Position numbers and translations under genes: made by a program. Below the pieces are notes generated by a model. It had not been told where the DNA came from. It did no database searches and saw nothing but the letters and a program-made list of their open reading frames with translations. Below, one piece after another: positions 50,302-63,147 of a stretch of 64,000 bases of DNA (position 1 is the stretch's first letter; every line of letters starts with the position of its first letter). The stretch lies in NCBI GenBank assembly GCA_010093815.1, contig ML996574.1; one strand, 5' to 3'. The stretch is from Pseudovirgaria hyperparasitica. Its lineage: Eukaryota.

Positions 50302-51093
50302 ACCCTACTCCGCCTCAAACATCAGGTTACGAATATCACGCATATAGACAGCCATAGGCAATGATTATTTATATTCACAAATCTTCTCATGACTGTTTAT
50401 TTCGCGTTTACTCTTGAAATTATCGATCTTCTCGAACGCATGTACTGGTGATCTGACGTAGCATCTTCGTTTCAATCGAGCGTCCTATATCGACTGCTAC
50501 TTAATGATGAGGACAATAGCTGTTTCTCTGGCAAATGCTAGCTCCACCGTCGTCTTTTTCTCCGGGGCTCGCGATGAGGAAGGCCGAAAGGTTGGCTATG
50601 GGAAGGAGAACCGGAGATCTTAACTCCGGGGCAGTACTGGCACTGTTGTGGACCAAGCATGTCCGTAGTATGCCATTGACGTGTAAGAGTCATGCAGTTT
50701 AGATTAATCAACTAAAAATGATAAATTACGATTCGGATGCAAATATGGCAAACCGCTTCCGTTCAGATCAAGTATAGACGGCACTAACTTCCTTTATATA
50801 TTCTAGTGGAACGCCAAATTGGAGTCCCGAGTGAAACATGTCTTAACAGTTTTCCCTAACCTGTAGAGTAGATGACGATTCGTATCCTGACAAATGGCAC
50901 CATACGCCGTTTTGCGGCTACCCCTATGTCTTCTGGTAGTCGGAATGAAGAATAGAACCGTTGGAAGTGAATCAAAGAAGAACCTGAAGCTGATGAACCT
51001 CCATAGACATCCATACAAGATATAGTAAAATTTCCTTGGCAGAGTGCAGTCATGCCTTTGTGCCACCGTGAGGCACCCGAACACTCGAACTCA

Positions 51094-52933
51094 TTACGGC
51101 TTCTCTGCCACGGTGATAGTGACTGCAAAATTACTGCCCATTCTCTCGCATTCAGATCGCATGTCAGCCCTCATCCAGAACCAAGACTGTACTCCAAAAT
51201 CCTCGGTCCATTGTCCAAACGCCGTTTGATACAGGTATTGGCCTAAGACAGTCATCAAACTTGCTGTATTTTGCACAGGCCCACTTATTGTTCTGGGTAC
51301 GACGACAGGAAGTGCAATGCGAACTTGTTTAGGCGTGTACAAAGCTCCAAAGGTAAGAGCATGCCGTATTTGTTCTGTTGGATCTGTTGAGTAGCCATTC
51401 CTTTGTAGTGGGGTCATGATATGATCGTCAATCCAGACCGAAGTAAAAGGTCCACTTCGCATCAAGTTTGCTTCCACCGAGACTATCTCAAGTCGACAAC
51501 CGGGCTTTAGAACACGCATGCAATCTCTGAGGCACCGCGATAGGTCTCCATGTGTGACAGCTGTTAGCATTGTCCGCGATACAACGCTGTCGAAGTAACA
51601 ATCTGGAAAGGGGAAGTTCGTTGCTGACGGAGAAATGTACAGAGAATGGTGATTCGAAGGTGGTGAGTGAGTCGGCGGAGTTGGTGTTGAATTCGCTGAG
51701 CAAAGAGTATAGACGTTGCAATTGGGATATTTAGCAGCAAGAACCCATCCAGTAGCTAGATGGCCATCAATAAGCAAGAACTGTAAGCAATGATTTATGC
51801 AAGGACATACCCAAGTCTCCATTCACAAGCAATATCTTCCTCCCCTCTGAGCGACCACTGCTCAGGAGCAACTCATGTGTTGGACTTTGTATTTGTTTGC
51901 CTTGTGTTAGCCACGAATACGCTGTCAGTGCCCAAAGTTTCTTTTCAAACTCAATCTCGTGATAGTCCTTGTGGTACCTATCAAAATCCCACTCTTCACT
52001 CAACCTAGTGGCTATTATCTTCAGCCCAGCGGTTTCCATGCGAGACAAAGTCCGTGAGACGCTTGATTCAACTGCGTCATCCCGATGAGGGACTCTCGAT
52101 CCCAGGGAACCATTGGTGGTGTAACTGCGACCTCTTGGCCATTCGCCCTGTAATACTCGTTTGTGCATCGAGTCATTTGGTGAGGGAAATTCTCGTTCGC
52201 GATGATATCGTTCAGTATCAGAATAAGCTGAGATGGGAGAAATTTCTTTCGAATCTTCGGAATAGATGGGGTCAAACACTGCACTTGCTCCAGACTTTGA
52301 CGTTGCGTCCGAGGTTCCGGACCGTATTGACGGCCCTCGTCTCGGCACATCATTATATATTTGTCGGTTGAGACCTAGGCGTCCGGCTGATTCATGTTGG
52401 TTGCCGAGAGGAGCAGCTGATGAACCATTCGGCTTAGTGCCTGGGATTGGAGGAAGGCGCCTCGATGATGGTAGTTGTTTTTGTGCTGGCAATTTTCCGG
52501 TTCGATTGATGGCATATATCTCTCGTTCATCTTCCGACGAGACGTCTGGGTCGAGCCGGAGTGTCTCGAGGGATTGTCGTAAAGCTTCTTGCTCCACTCG
52601 ACCTGTTGGACGAAACTCAGACCGAAACTCAGAGCAGAACTCAGGTAGAGGCTTGGTCTCGTGGTCTGGCGTTCGGAAGTCCTTTAGACTTTGCGCACGC
52701 TTCTCTCTCGACTTCAGGAAACCTGCAAAGCCGGAGCTCTTTTCGGCCTTCTTCTTTCCTGTTGATAGGCCTGGAAGGAACGAGTGTTGTCCAGCAGCAG
52801 CGCCGCTTGTACTACTGGAGGTACTCAGCGAGGAGCCTCCAGTCGAGGATCTCTTTGCATTCTTCTCTATACTTCTCTTCCTTCTGTGTTGACCTATTGT
52901 CTGCACCTGTGGATGATCAAAAGTTGGGAACAT
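51094..52933 (-). CDS. Class I SAM-dependent methyltransferase-like protein with long disordered N-terminus
   Basis: FPFPDCYFDSVVSR and CMRVLKPGCRLEI motifs; intron about 51757-51809 joins the two ORFs; start assumed at MFPTFD. Confidence 0.7.
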
Positions 52934-54244
52934 GGTCCGCAAGCAAGGTTGCAATATGGAGGCATGAGTGGGGCGAAAGTGTATGGCTAGAAAAGTACAT
53001 ATGGGAAACTGGGTTAACAGGGCGGCGTAGGTGCGAGCGAGGATCAATCACAACAGTATTACTCTAGTGGTGTTTGTTATCTGCCACGAGGCAGCCAATT
53101 TCAAGGTTGACCCTGACATTACCTTGGATACTGCATGAGCACCGCATGGCGTGGACAACATGTGGCAAGGGGACGACTACAGGTCCATACAGGTGATTGG
53201 AACTGAAAGACGAATCAGGCGTAGGATTATATGCAAATAATAGGTCTAACCTAGAACGGCACCATCCCACATTCTGGACCCCAACACTCAAGCCTATTCA
53301 AGTATATAAGTGGAGTCTCAACTAATCTTGGTATAAGAATAAGGTAGTTCAACTATTCTTCTAAGTAGCTAATGAATTTAGTAAGCCACCACTATGCTTA
53401 AGAAACGATACTGCCACGCCAAGGGACCTATGGATACACTGAAAGTCGCCTTGACATGGGTAAAAATGACTCTACATCAAGTACCGAAATAGGTAAGGTC
53501 AGACGCGGTCCAGGATTTAGGTTATTGCAGTCCTACGTTAGACCTCAAGTAATATGCAACAGATGGAACTGGAACAGACTACCTAGGTACAAGGCATTGA
53601 CCGGGGTTGGTTATGACTCGTTTCGCCAATTTGCCCAAGCGGTTTCAATATTACTTTGTACTAGTCTGTTCAGGTAGCATCTCCAAAACACTCTCACCTC
53701 GCCTACAAGCGAGCAACTCTCTTCTTCTTGTCCATCTCCCTTGGTGCTTTCTAGTTCAGTGTAAGAATCAATCGGCATAATTCTCTCCCTCTTAGATGTC
53801 GTGAAGATTGTTGTGTTTGTCTTGCTCGTGCGTGCACATACCATCAGTACAGCTCACACGGAACTAACTATCTTTGATTATCTGGATCCCACAACGATCC
53901 TGGCGATCGAGGTCGGCCTCGGCCATTCCGAGCACGTTCATCTGAACGTTCACCCCAATCTTCATCTCAATGCTCATCTCAGTGATAGTAGATATACGCT
54001 CTGGAATGTCACTGATCCATACACCCCTACCGAGCCAAGAACATCATGCCACCTCAATTGGCCATAAATGAGCGCCGAGCCGTCTCAGGCCTCGTTGAGG
54101 CAGGTATATAGCTCGCTTCGATATACGACCCCCTATATCTCTGGCAAGTCGAGAATGACGTCTGAGTGGTTCATCTGACTCTGTTCTACATATCACCGCG
54201 AGGAGTAATTGCCCTCAATTTCGCATATCCAGGTTATTCTCAAC

Positions 54245-56307
54245 ATGGGGTTACGGGAGTGGATTGAAAGTCTCAATGATGTAGTGGCGCAGTCACCTGT
54301 AGGCCACTACTTCCACCTATCAGGCTCAAGCCATGTAAGTCCCAGCGAGTGCATGCAGATATTGTGACTGACGAAGATGATGCAGCCACATCCAATTCCT
54401 GGGTCTCGATTTAGTACAGAGATACGAGCTGGACTCACAACTTTCTTCACCATGGCGTACATTATTGCTGTCAATGCCGATATTATCACAGATAGTGGCG
54501 CAACTTGTGTATGCAATGGTGGGGCAGATGATCCTATGTGCGACAAAAACGACGAATATGACCTTTGCCTACTTGGTGTCCAGCGAGATATTGTCACGGC
54601 GACTGCTGCTATCAGTGCTTTTGCCTCGCTCCTTATGGGCCTCGCATCAAATCTACCAGTAGGTGTAGCACCTGCTATGGTAAGAATACCCGCAATGCAA
54701 TACAAGCACTGGTCGTTGACGTTCTTGTAGTCGTTGAACGCATACCTAGCATATCAAGTGGTTGGCTATCATGGATCTGGTGAGTCTGATATAGAAATTG
54801 GCCATCAAAATCGATATATAAGTGCTTTGGCCGACATAAATTAGGTCAGATCAGCTATCAGATGGCCATGACAGCTGTCTTCGTCGAAGGTTTCATCTTT
54901 ATCGCACTGTCTCTTCTCGGTCTCCGCCAGTGGCTTGCTCGAATCATCCCTGGGTCTATCAAGGTAGCAACCGCTGCGGGGATTGGACTGTTCTTGACCC
55001 TGATCGGACTGTCACACTCAGCTGGCATCGGCGCCATCACAGGTGATAGAACCACACCTCTCGCTCTTGGTGGGTGTCCAGAGGAGTACTTGAGTCCTGA
55101 CACCGGGGCTTGCATGAGCCACAAAGCTACCAGCTCAACTCTCTGGCTGGGTTTCATGCTTGGTGGAGCACTTACTGCCGTTCTCATGACCTTTAGAGTG
55201 CATGGTGCGATGATTATGGGTATAATATTAGTGTCCATCTTCTCATGGCCTCGTGATACTAGTTTCACGTATTTCCCACGCACTGTTGCTGGGGATTCGC
55301 GTTTTGAATTCTTCAAGAAAGTAGTTGGTACGTTACGCGACTTTTGGGCGAGATGTTGGACACTAACCATGATTAGCTTTCCATCCAATCGAGAAAACTC
55401 TTGCCGTCCAAGACTGGAATATCGGTGGTGCACATGGGTCGCACTTCTTCCTCGCCATCATTACCATGCTCTACGTAGACATCCTAGATTGCACAGGTAT
55501 GCTAGCATTCTTGCTTGTATCGCATACACACTGATTGATATATATCAAGGTACACTCTACTCCATGGCCCGATTCAGTGGTGTGGTAGATCCTGACACAG
55601 GCGATTTTCCTCGATCTACCCTGGCCTACTGCTCAGACGCGCTTAGTATCAGTATCGGTTCTCTGTTCGGTACATCCCCAGTGACTGTATTCGTCGAGTC
55701 GGGCGCTGGAATTCAAGAAGGAGGTCGAACTGGCTTGACCGCAATTGTCACGGGCTTGTGTTTCTTCATGTCGATATTTCTGGCACCTATCTTCGCTTCG
55801 ATCCCGCCATGGGCTACAGGTAAGCTTTTTTACGCAACATTAGGAATGCCTACCAACTCTTAATACAGGTGGCGCACTAATACTCGTCGGGTGTATGCTG
55901 ATGAAAGGAGTCCTCGCCATAAACTGGAACTACTCCGGTGACGCGATTCCTGCATTCGTCACACTAATCTTCATGCCCTTCTCCTATTCGATCGCTTACG
56001 GCCTGATTGCAGGCATAATTACCTACATTGTAGTAAATGGCACGATCTGGGTTGTACGTACCTTGTCTTGCGGCAAACTTGAACCAGCAGACTACGAGGA
56101 GAAGGAATATTGGTCTCGTAAGCGTTTGACCGAATTGGTTGTTTTGCCGCAACTGCTAATCTAAATATTGTAGTCCGAAACGACAATCGAGGTGTTCAGC
56201 CTTGGTTCATTCGCGCTGCCAAAGGCGACTCTAAACTGTGGCGAAACAAGGATGATGTAATTCAGCTGCAGACCCAGGATCCATACCTGAAGGGTGGTCA
56301 AGTGTGA
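54245..56307 (+). CDS. azgA: AzgA-like purine permease (NCS2/AzgA family)
   Basis: EIRAGLTTFFTMAYIIAVN, GIGLFLTLIGL, ESGAGIQEGGRTGLTA, PAFVTLIFMPFSYSIAYG; about 7 introns. Confidence 0.9.
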
Positions 56308-58164
56308 ATGTATGACCAGCGCTGTGAGTTCGATCCAGGGGCGCTTGTTGTTCGATGGATATGGATTTAGAGATCGCCGCGCACATGGCTGCTGTGAGCA
56401 TCCTACATGGTTATGGCCATGTTATCTCCCAATCCTCGATGAGAAATATCTTGACGGAGAAGGAGGCAGGTATGAGCTGAGATACAGCCAATCAAGTCAT
56501 GCCTGTGTCAGAGTTCCTGTAGTACCATGTCAAACTTGCTATGCCTGTTAGCTTAGTGCTTCGGTTTACAGGCATACCTTGTTTCTCGGTAGGTACAGTA
56601 CAGCGCCACTATGCTAGGACCTCAAACATCTTGTCGTCGTATCTACACCTGACGCAGTGCTAACGTCAGATACGGGACTGTAATACTGCAAGTGACTGCC
56701 TGAACAGCTTTAAGTACATGGCTTATATTACACCACCTAGCCATACCTAATGATGATGTGGTAGACCAAACACTTCTGCGTAGCGAAGAGCTTTCAAACT
56801 GACTTCGCGCGGAATCTGGCGCGCTTTGTCGAAAAAACTTGAAAGGAAGATACCCTCCAGCTTCAGCTAGGCCACTTTGATCGTTGCGCCCGACCAAGGG
56901 AAACTGATGCTCAGTCAAAGCCGAGATTAGATCTTCCTCGCACTTCCCAGCCTTCTGAATGACAATGCCTTGTGTTAGAGATACTGACGACTTGCCCTGT
57001 CCCTGGAGCGTTGTGACCTTCGAAGTTTCGCAAGATACCTGTAACGTTAAGGCTGAACTAGCCTATTACCCGCTGCCCATGGAGTCTCTATTTCTTCAAA
57101 AACTATCATATTAGTTCTGGTGACACTTCACTTTCATTCGTGTCACATTAGACGACACTTAAATATATATTACGTATGTCCGAGGAGTCCACGAGCAGAG
57201 ATCAGTCATGTCTCAAGACATACTGCGCCTCCGAGCCTGATCATTGTCACTACCACAATCGTCGTCTTCTGGGCACCGACCACGATGGTAATAGGGATTT
57301 TAATAATACTGCCGTTGTAGACGCATGCTTTAGAAGAGCCAGGAAGTAGAGCCAGAGCTATCATCTCTTAAAATGATCGCAGCTTTAACAGCAAAACCAT
57401 GAGGAAGAGCGTAAGTGCTCGGCGCTTTATTCTCTGTCGGTCATCTAATTAAACTCTTCGTTCATTGTTACCGTACTTATACTCTACTAGAGTCATTCAA
57501 TGCCTAAAGGTAATACGGCGAGGCCTGAAGGAGTGGGCTTTCTACCTCGTTTTACTTGATATTGGACTGAGATAAGGCTATCGCGAGACTGGCTGGGGCG
57601 TCCATCATCGATTCGACATCATCGTTGCTACGAGCGCGATCATCTATATGTCTACATTAGACCGACATGGGGAAGCCAGACACTGCCAAGGGGATTGATT
57701 GTTTAGCACCGGTTGATTTGTGATTGAGCAGCTAGCTCAAAATCCTTCCTCCTCTCAGTGAGTCCAGTGTCGACGCCTCTCAATGGATAAGACAGTCTTT
57801 AAAGGTATATCAGCAAAGAAGATGCTTGTTCTCACATATGGAAATAGCTCAATGCCAACGATATATATAGGAATTCGAAATGTCTCTGATGAGAACAGGA
57901 AAAGCCTCAGCCTGTCAGAGCACCTGATGGATCCACGGGTATGCACGGACGTCATCGCTCGGACAGGATAGCCCAGCCCGAGATAACCCGATCCGACAAA
58001 GCTCTCTCTGCGACTCCGTTCCTACTTGTCAAATCTTTTTGCTCCACCTCCCGTCAACGCTTCTTCCTGCATCCCAACCTCATCGTCGCAAAGTCGATTC
58101 GTTTCGCATCTGTCCATACTCTCCACTCCATTCATACCGGCTCAGTCGTCTGATATCCACCATA

Positions 58165-59321
58165 ATGTCGGCGCCGTCATCCTCAACCGGCTCTACCAAG
58201 CTCGACGCCATCAAGCAGAATGTTCAAGCAGCCACTCCCGAAAAGTTGAGCGGCATCGCTCTATACTCGAGATTTGCCCTTGCTGGTGCCGTCTGCTGTT
58301 CCGTCACTCACGGGGCCCTCACACCCGTCGATGTGTAAGCCTCAATTCCCTTATCAGTGCACTGCAAGCCTGGAGAGCAACCTGCACTGAGGCAATGCTC
58401 TTCAGTATCATCGAGTCCTAATTGTGTCAACGAAATGAACCATCAACTGACGTATCTCATCATGTAGCGTTAAAACGAGGATACAACTCGACCCGGCCAC
58501 CTACAACCGTGGTATGATCGGCGGTTTCCGCCAGGTCATCGCAAAGGAGGGTGCTGGTGCTTTGTTGACAGGTTTCGGTCCAACTGCTGCTGGTTACTTC
58601 CTCCAGGGTGCCTTCAAGTTCGGAGGTTACGAATTCTTCAAACAGCAGAGCATTGGTATCCTCGGATACGAGACCGCTGCCAACAACCGTACCGCTGTGT
58701 ATCTCGTTTCTTCTGGTCTAGCCGAGTTCTTTGCGGATATTGCCCTATGCCCTCTTGAGGCCACCCGTATTCGTCTAGTGTCAGAGCCAACATTCGCCAG
58801 CGGTCTCGTTTCTGGTTTTGGCAAGATTGCGAAGACTGAGGGCATTGGTGCCTTCTACTCAGGTTTTGGACCGATCTTGTTCAAGCAGTACGTCGCAAGA
58901 CTCACAATACCAATAGATGTGCTAATAATTTTTTAGAGTACCATATACCATGTCCAAATTCGTTGTCTTTGAGAAGGTCTCCGAAATTGTTGCCTCAGCT
59001 TTCGACACGAAAAACAAGTCCTCGTCTGTGCAAACTGTCGCTAACCTTGGCTCTGGTTTGATCGCCGGTTTCGCTGCTGCCATCGTGTCCCAGCCCGCCG
59101 ACACCATGCTTTCCAAGATCAACAAGACCAAGGGTCTTCCAGGTGAGGGCACTACCTCGCGTCTCATCAAAATTGCCAAGGAGCTTGGTCTCCGTGGCTC
59201 ATTTGGTGGTCTGCCGGCCCGTCTCTTCATGGTTGGTACTCTTACAGCCGGTCAATTCGCCATCTATGGCGACTTAAAGAAGGCTATGGGTGCTGTTGGC
59301 GGTGTTGAGATCTCCAAATAG
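58165..59321 (+). CDS. MIR1: Mitochondrial phosphate carrier
   Basis: [59 protein letters not shown]; introns about 58335-58467 and 58888-58936. Confidence 0.93.
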
Positions 59322-59780
59322 ATGGACCAGAAGAAGTGGAGAATAAAAATGGGACGTCAAAATTTGTTGCAAATCCCGAGCAGCCCAGTTGAGCATTTTC
59401 AAGAGCGATAGAAACATGCTTGTGAGGATGATAGATACTTAGGGATCGATTCCTTGGGATTACATACGCGCCACAGGGATTTATGTTGATAGAGTCCGAA
59501 TTCTTTGCATCTGGGTTGTATGACTAATCATGTAGGCTTGCGTTTCCATCTTGAGGGGTTTGAAAGTAATAGATCTTCAATTGTGCAATATACTCCGCTC
59601 ACATATATTTGAAGGTTCATCCTGTGTGTCGTTCTCACGATCTGCGTGACAGTGGGAGACAAGTAATTTACTAATTCTATTATACATGCTCTTATACGAC
59701 TATTTCTTGAAGTCAGTAGTTGGATATCTTGGTTCACTAGCTGGAGCCTTCGACAGATCCAGTCATTCGCCTGGTCACTG

Positions 59781-61200
59781 CTATTTGTTAGATTGCGGCT
59801 TGCCGTTTTCCACGGGCGCTGCTCGCCGGAGCATCTTTGTACCCGTTTTCCAATCCTTAATGATATCATTCACCTGATAAACCTCTCCTTCCTTTCTGGG
59901 CGCCTCGCCTCTACACATTATATCAAGAATTATACTGGCACTTTGCTCTCCTGTCACGGGTAGTCGCTTGACGCCTTTCTTCTTCAACGCCGGCGGGACA
60001 TTGTTTGGATTCAGCAGCCCTACTTGTACGAGTACGGACGCTTGGTCCCAGTACATCCGCTCACACCAGATCTTGCCTGCGCGGAGGGTCACAATGCAGA
60101 CAATGATGACGTCGACGTCTCTGCCTGTGGGCGCAACTTCAGGCAGTATCCACGGCATAACGACCTTGTGCGTGAACCGCACATGTAGCTCGTCGACTAC
60201 GCTGTCTGTGCCAATGGTTCGACTGAGTAGTAATACCTCAAGCCCGATCTCTGCCTTCTCATCCACGTCGCATGGTACGAAGTAGTCTTCGTAGAAGCAC
60301 CGCATATCGTCTGCTCCCACACCACCTGTAAGTGTCGGCGCATGTACCACATACGGCTCTGGCTCGGTGCAGAATGCGCTGAGTGACTTTGCGAGGTTGG
60401 GTTTCTGCCATGTTGCGTCGAAGCTCTCTTCCCACTGCCGCTCGAGCTCGACTTCAGCTCCGAAAGCGCGCCTGATAGTGGACAGGGACCGAGTAAAGGC
60501 TGTGCCGTCTGCGACACCGTCGTATTCGTCTAGGTCGCGCTCTGCGAAGCCTACGTCGACGCCGGTATACGTGTAGCAGCGATAGCTCATATGCAACTGG
60601 AGACCCCCGGACCCTGCTCCTGGCGTGACTGCCTTTTGAACTGTCTTCCGCTTGCCTTGGATGCCTAGGATTTCAGACGGTCGAGTAACTCCAATGGTAT
60701 CGGGGGTATCGCCAGTGCCAGAGGGCAGGTGAACGAGTACGCGCATATGCGACGGGAATTTGGTCGTTGGTGCAGGCACAGTGGTCGGATAGTATGCAAC
60801 CAAAGAGCAAAGACGGGAAGACCAAGCGTGTGGACTAAGATGAGCTTCGAGACAGAAGGAGGCAGCGGCACCGAAGGCGATGATCGCATATTTCTCTCTA
60901 GCAAACGTTAGCTGTGATGCTTATTCAACATGAAATGGTTTACGATAGAGACTGCTAATTGGCAGTAGTTTGGCCCAGAATCACTCACCCAACTCCCAAT
61001 CCACGTCCTAGACTTTCGAGCTTCTCACGATACGCTCTTCCTCCGTTGCCCATGGGCAGATATTCAACCATGAAGCCTTCCTTCTTCCATGCTTCCAAGA
61101 CACTTAGGTCGAACTCCACATCTTCCGACGTGATATATAGTCTTGGGCTGGATGAGTTGAATGAAAGCCAACCTGATTGGTTGATAAAGTTCTGTGTCAT
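59781..61200 (-). CDS. Dienelactone hydrolase-like / SnoaL (NTF2-like) fusion protein
   Basis: AWKKEGF, LVAYYP, GFAERDLDEYD, PYVVHAPTLTGGVG, LLSRTIGTDSVVDE, ERMYWDQASVLVQVGLL; intron about 60898-60988. Confidence 0.8.
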
Positions 61201-61591
61201 GTTGGCAATAGTTAGCCAACAGCGCCGTAGCAGCAGGTGGCCGAAGAAGTCATGAATTGGGTAGATAATCACTGAGATAGGTCGACGAAAAGGATGACCT
61301 GCAATGGCCGCACCCAAGTCGTGTTCCTTGATTACGTATCATCCTTGCAAACCTTGGAGAGTCTTCGTCGACCGGTACAGGGCAATAAGATCACGGCGGG
61401 GATGTTGTACAGGGGCAGAAAGAGTCGGACGACGTCATTTGAACTTCCTGCCTGAGGCACCAATGGGTCCGCTGGCTATGTTGAAGCTTCCATGACAGCC
61501 ATATTAAATGTTGTGTCCACTGCTGAAGAAATCAATGCTATCACAACGGTTTGTGAGAGATTGTCTCGGAAAATGCTGCGAATTTAGCAGA

Positions 61592-62857
61592 ATGACTGGA
61601 TCAATTAGTCCGCCACCAACGAAAAGGAGAAAGGTACGAGCGGAATGTGGAAACTTGACAGACTTCGGGGCAACGTTGGAAACATCTACCACTACTGCTG
61701 CATCAGATCCATCAGATCAACCTGTTCATATAATCTCCTGGAACATCAACGGCATCACCCCTTTCGTCCGACACCACCTGACCAAGCCAATCACCAACTA
61801 TTTCTCAAAATCCCCAAAATCAGTACGCATACCAAGCTCACAATCTGGACTTTCGCAGCCACCTTCTCTCAGAGCATTCCTGTGCCGCCATAACTACCCA
61901 CACCTGCTCTTCCTCCAAGAAGTCAAGATCAACAGCAAAGACGAAGCAACGCAACGCGCCGTCCAAGCAGCCATCAATACTCCCGAATCATCCGAAACCG
62001 CTCAGCTACCACCGACCTACACGGCCCACTTTACACTTCCCTGCGACCCGCATAACGCTCGTGGCTTTGGTGGCAGGATTTACGGCGTCGTTAGCATAAT
62101 TCGGGATGACTTCGCGGACAGATGCGTTTCTGCCGTCAGAACTGTGGACTGGGACGTCGAGGGTCGAGTCAGCATCGTCGAGATCACCTCTCCACAACCG
62201 CGTCACCCAATACCATCACCACTACCACCGTCAGCCAAACCCAGCGCTCCCAGGCCCGCAAGCAGTCATGATGACAAGCCCTCTACAGCCCATCCCTCAA
62301 ACATAGCAGTCTTCAACATCTACGCCGTCAACGGCACAAACAACGCATACAAGGACCCAAAAACAGGCACCACGTGCGGCACGCGCCACGACCGCAAACT
62401 CGCCTTCCACAAGCTACTCATGGAGGAGAGTCTGCGCTACGAGGCCCGCGGCTGGGCGGTCATCCTCGGCGGCGACATGAACGTTGCACCTGCACGAATC
62501 GACGGGTATCCGAATCTGAGGACGTATCCGCGCGAGCACATTGTCAATCGCGCGGACTTCAATACTAGATTTCTGCTAGGAGAGGACATGAAAGCGTTGG
62601 GTGGTAACGAGGATGGCGAGCATGTGTTTCAAGGTATCGATATCTGGCGCACACTTCACGGTCCAGAAGCATCGGGCTATACGTATTACCCGCGTGGAAC
62701 GGCATGGGGCGCGAGTTGTGATCGGGTGGACTATTTCGTGATTAGCAAGGGATTATATGAAGAAGGTAAGGTTGTAGAGGCTGAGATCCACGCGAATGCG
62801 CTAGAGAGAGGGCCTAGCGATCATGTACCCATCTCGATGGTGCTGAGTTTGAGATAG
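61592..62857 (+). CDS. Exonuclease III / AP-endonuclease (DNase I-like) family protein
   Basis: ISWNINGI, LQEVK, EGRV, NIYAVNG, GGDMNVA, DRVDYF, SDHVPI; NLS-like PPTKRRKV; start could be 61508. Confidence 0.88.
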   Translation: MTGSISPPPTKRRKVRAECGNLTDFGATLETSTTTAASDPSDQPVHIISWNINGITPFVRHHLTKPITNYFSKSPKSVRIPSSQSGLSQPPSLRAFLCRHNYPHLLFLQEVKINSKDEATQRAVQAAINTPESSETAQLPPTYTAHFTLPCDPHNARGFGGRIYGVVSIIRDDFADRCVSAVRTVDWDVEGRVSIVEITSPQPRHPIPSPLPPSAKPSAPRPASSHDDKPSTAHPSNIAVFNIYAVNGTNNAYKDPKTGTTCGTRHDRKLAFHKLLMEESLRYEARGWAVILGGDMNVAPARIDGYPNLRTYPREHIVNRADFNTRFLLGEDMKALGGNEDGEHVFQGIDIWRTLHGPEASGYTYYPRGTAWGASCDRVDYFVISKGLYEEGKVVEAEIHANALERGPSDHVPISMVLSLR

Positions 62858-63147
62858 TTACGGACGGTCCTGAAGTAGTAGACATTTGTGTTTTTGATTC
62901 GAAAGTTCTTGTTATGTATTGCAGCGTGAAAGGCACGAGAGTTGTCTCCATGCAGCGCATCGGGCACGAGAAGGGTGACAAGAGTGCAGCTGGACGAGAC
63001 GAAAGAAAAGACAGGAGCTGGCGTAAATCGTAAGGGGATCCAAACGCCTGACCTAGTGTGTGATGCTTGTACAGGTGAAAGAGAGAAGGAAAAACCACCG
63101 CACTGTGCAATGCTTGTACAGTCTAATTTCGATTCATGCGATTATTC

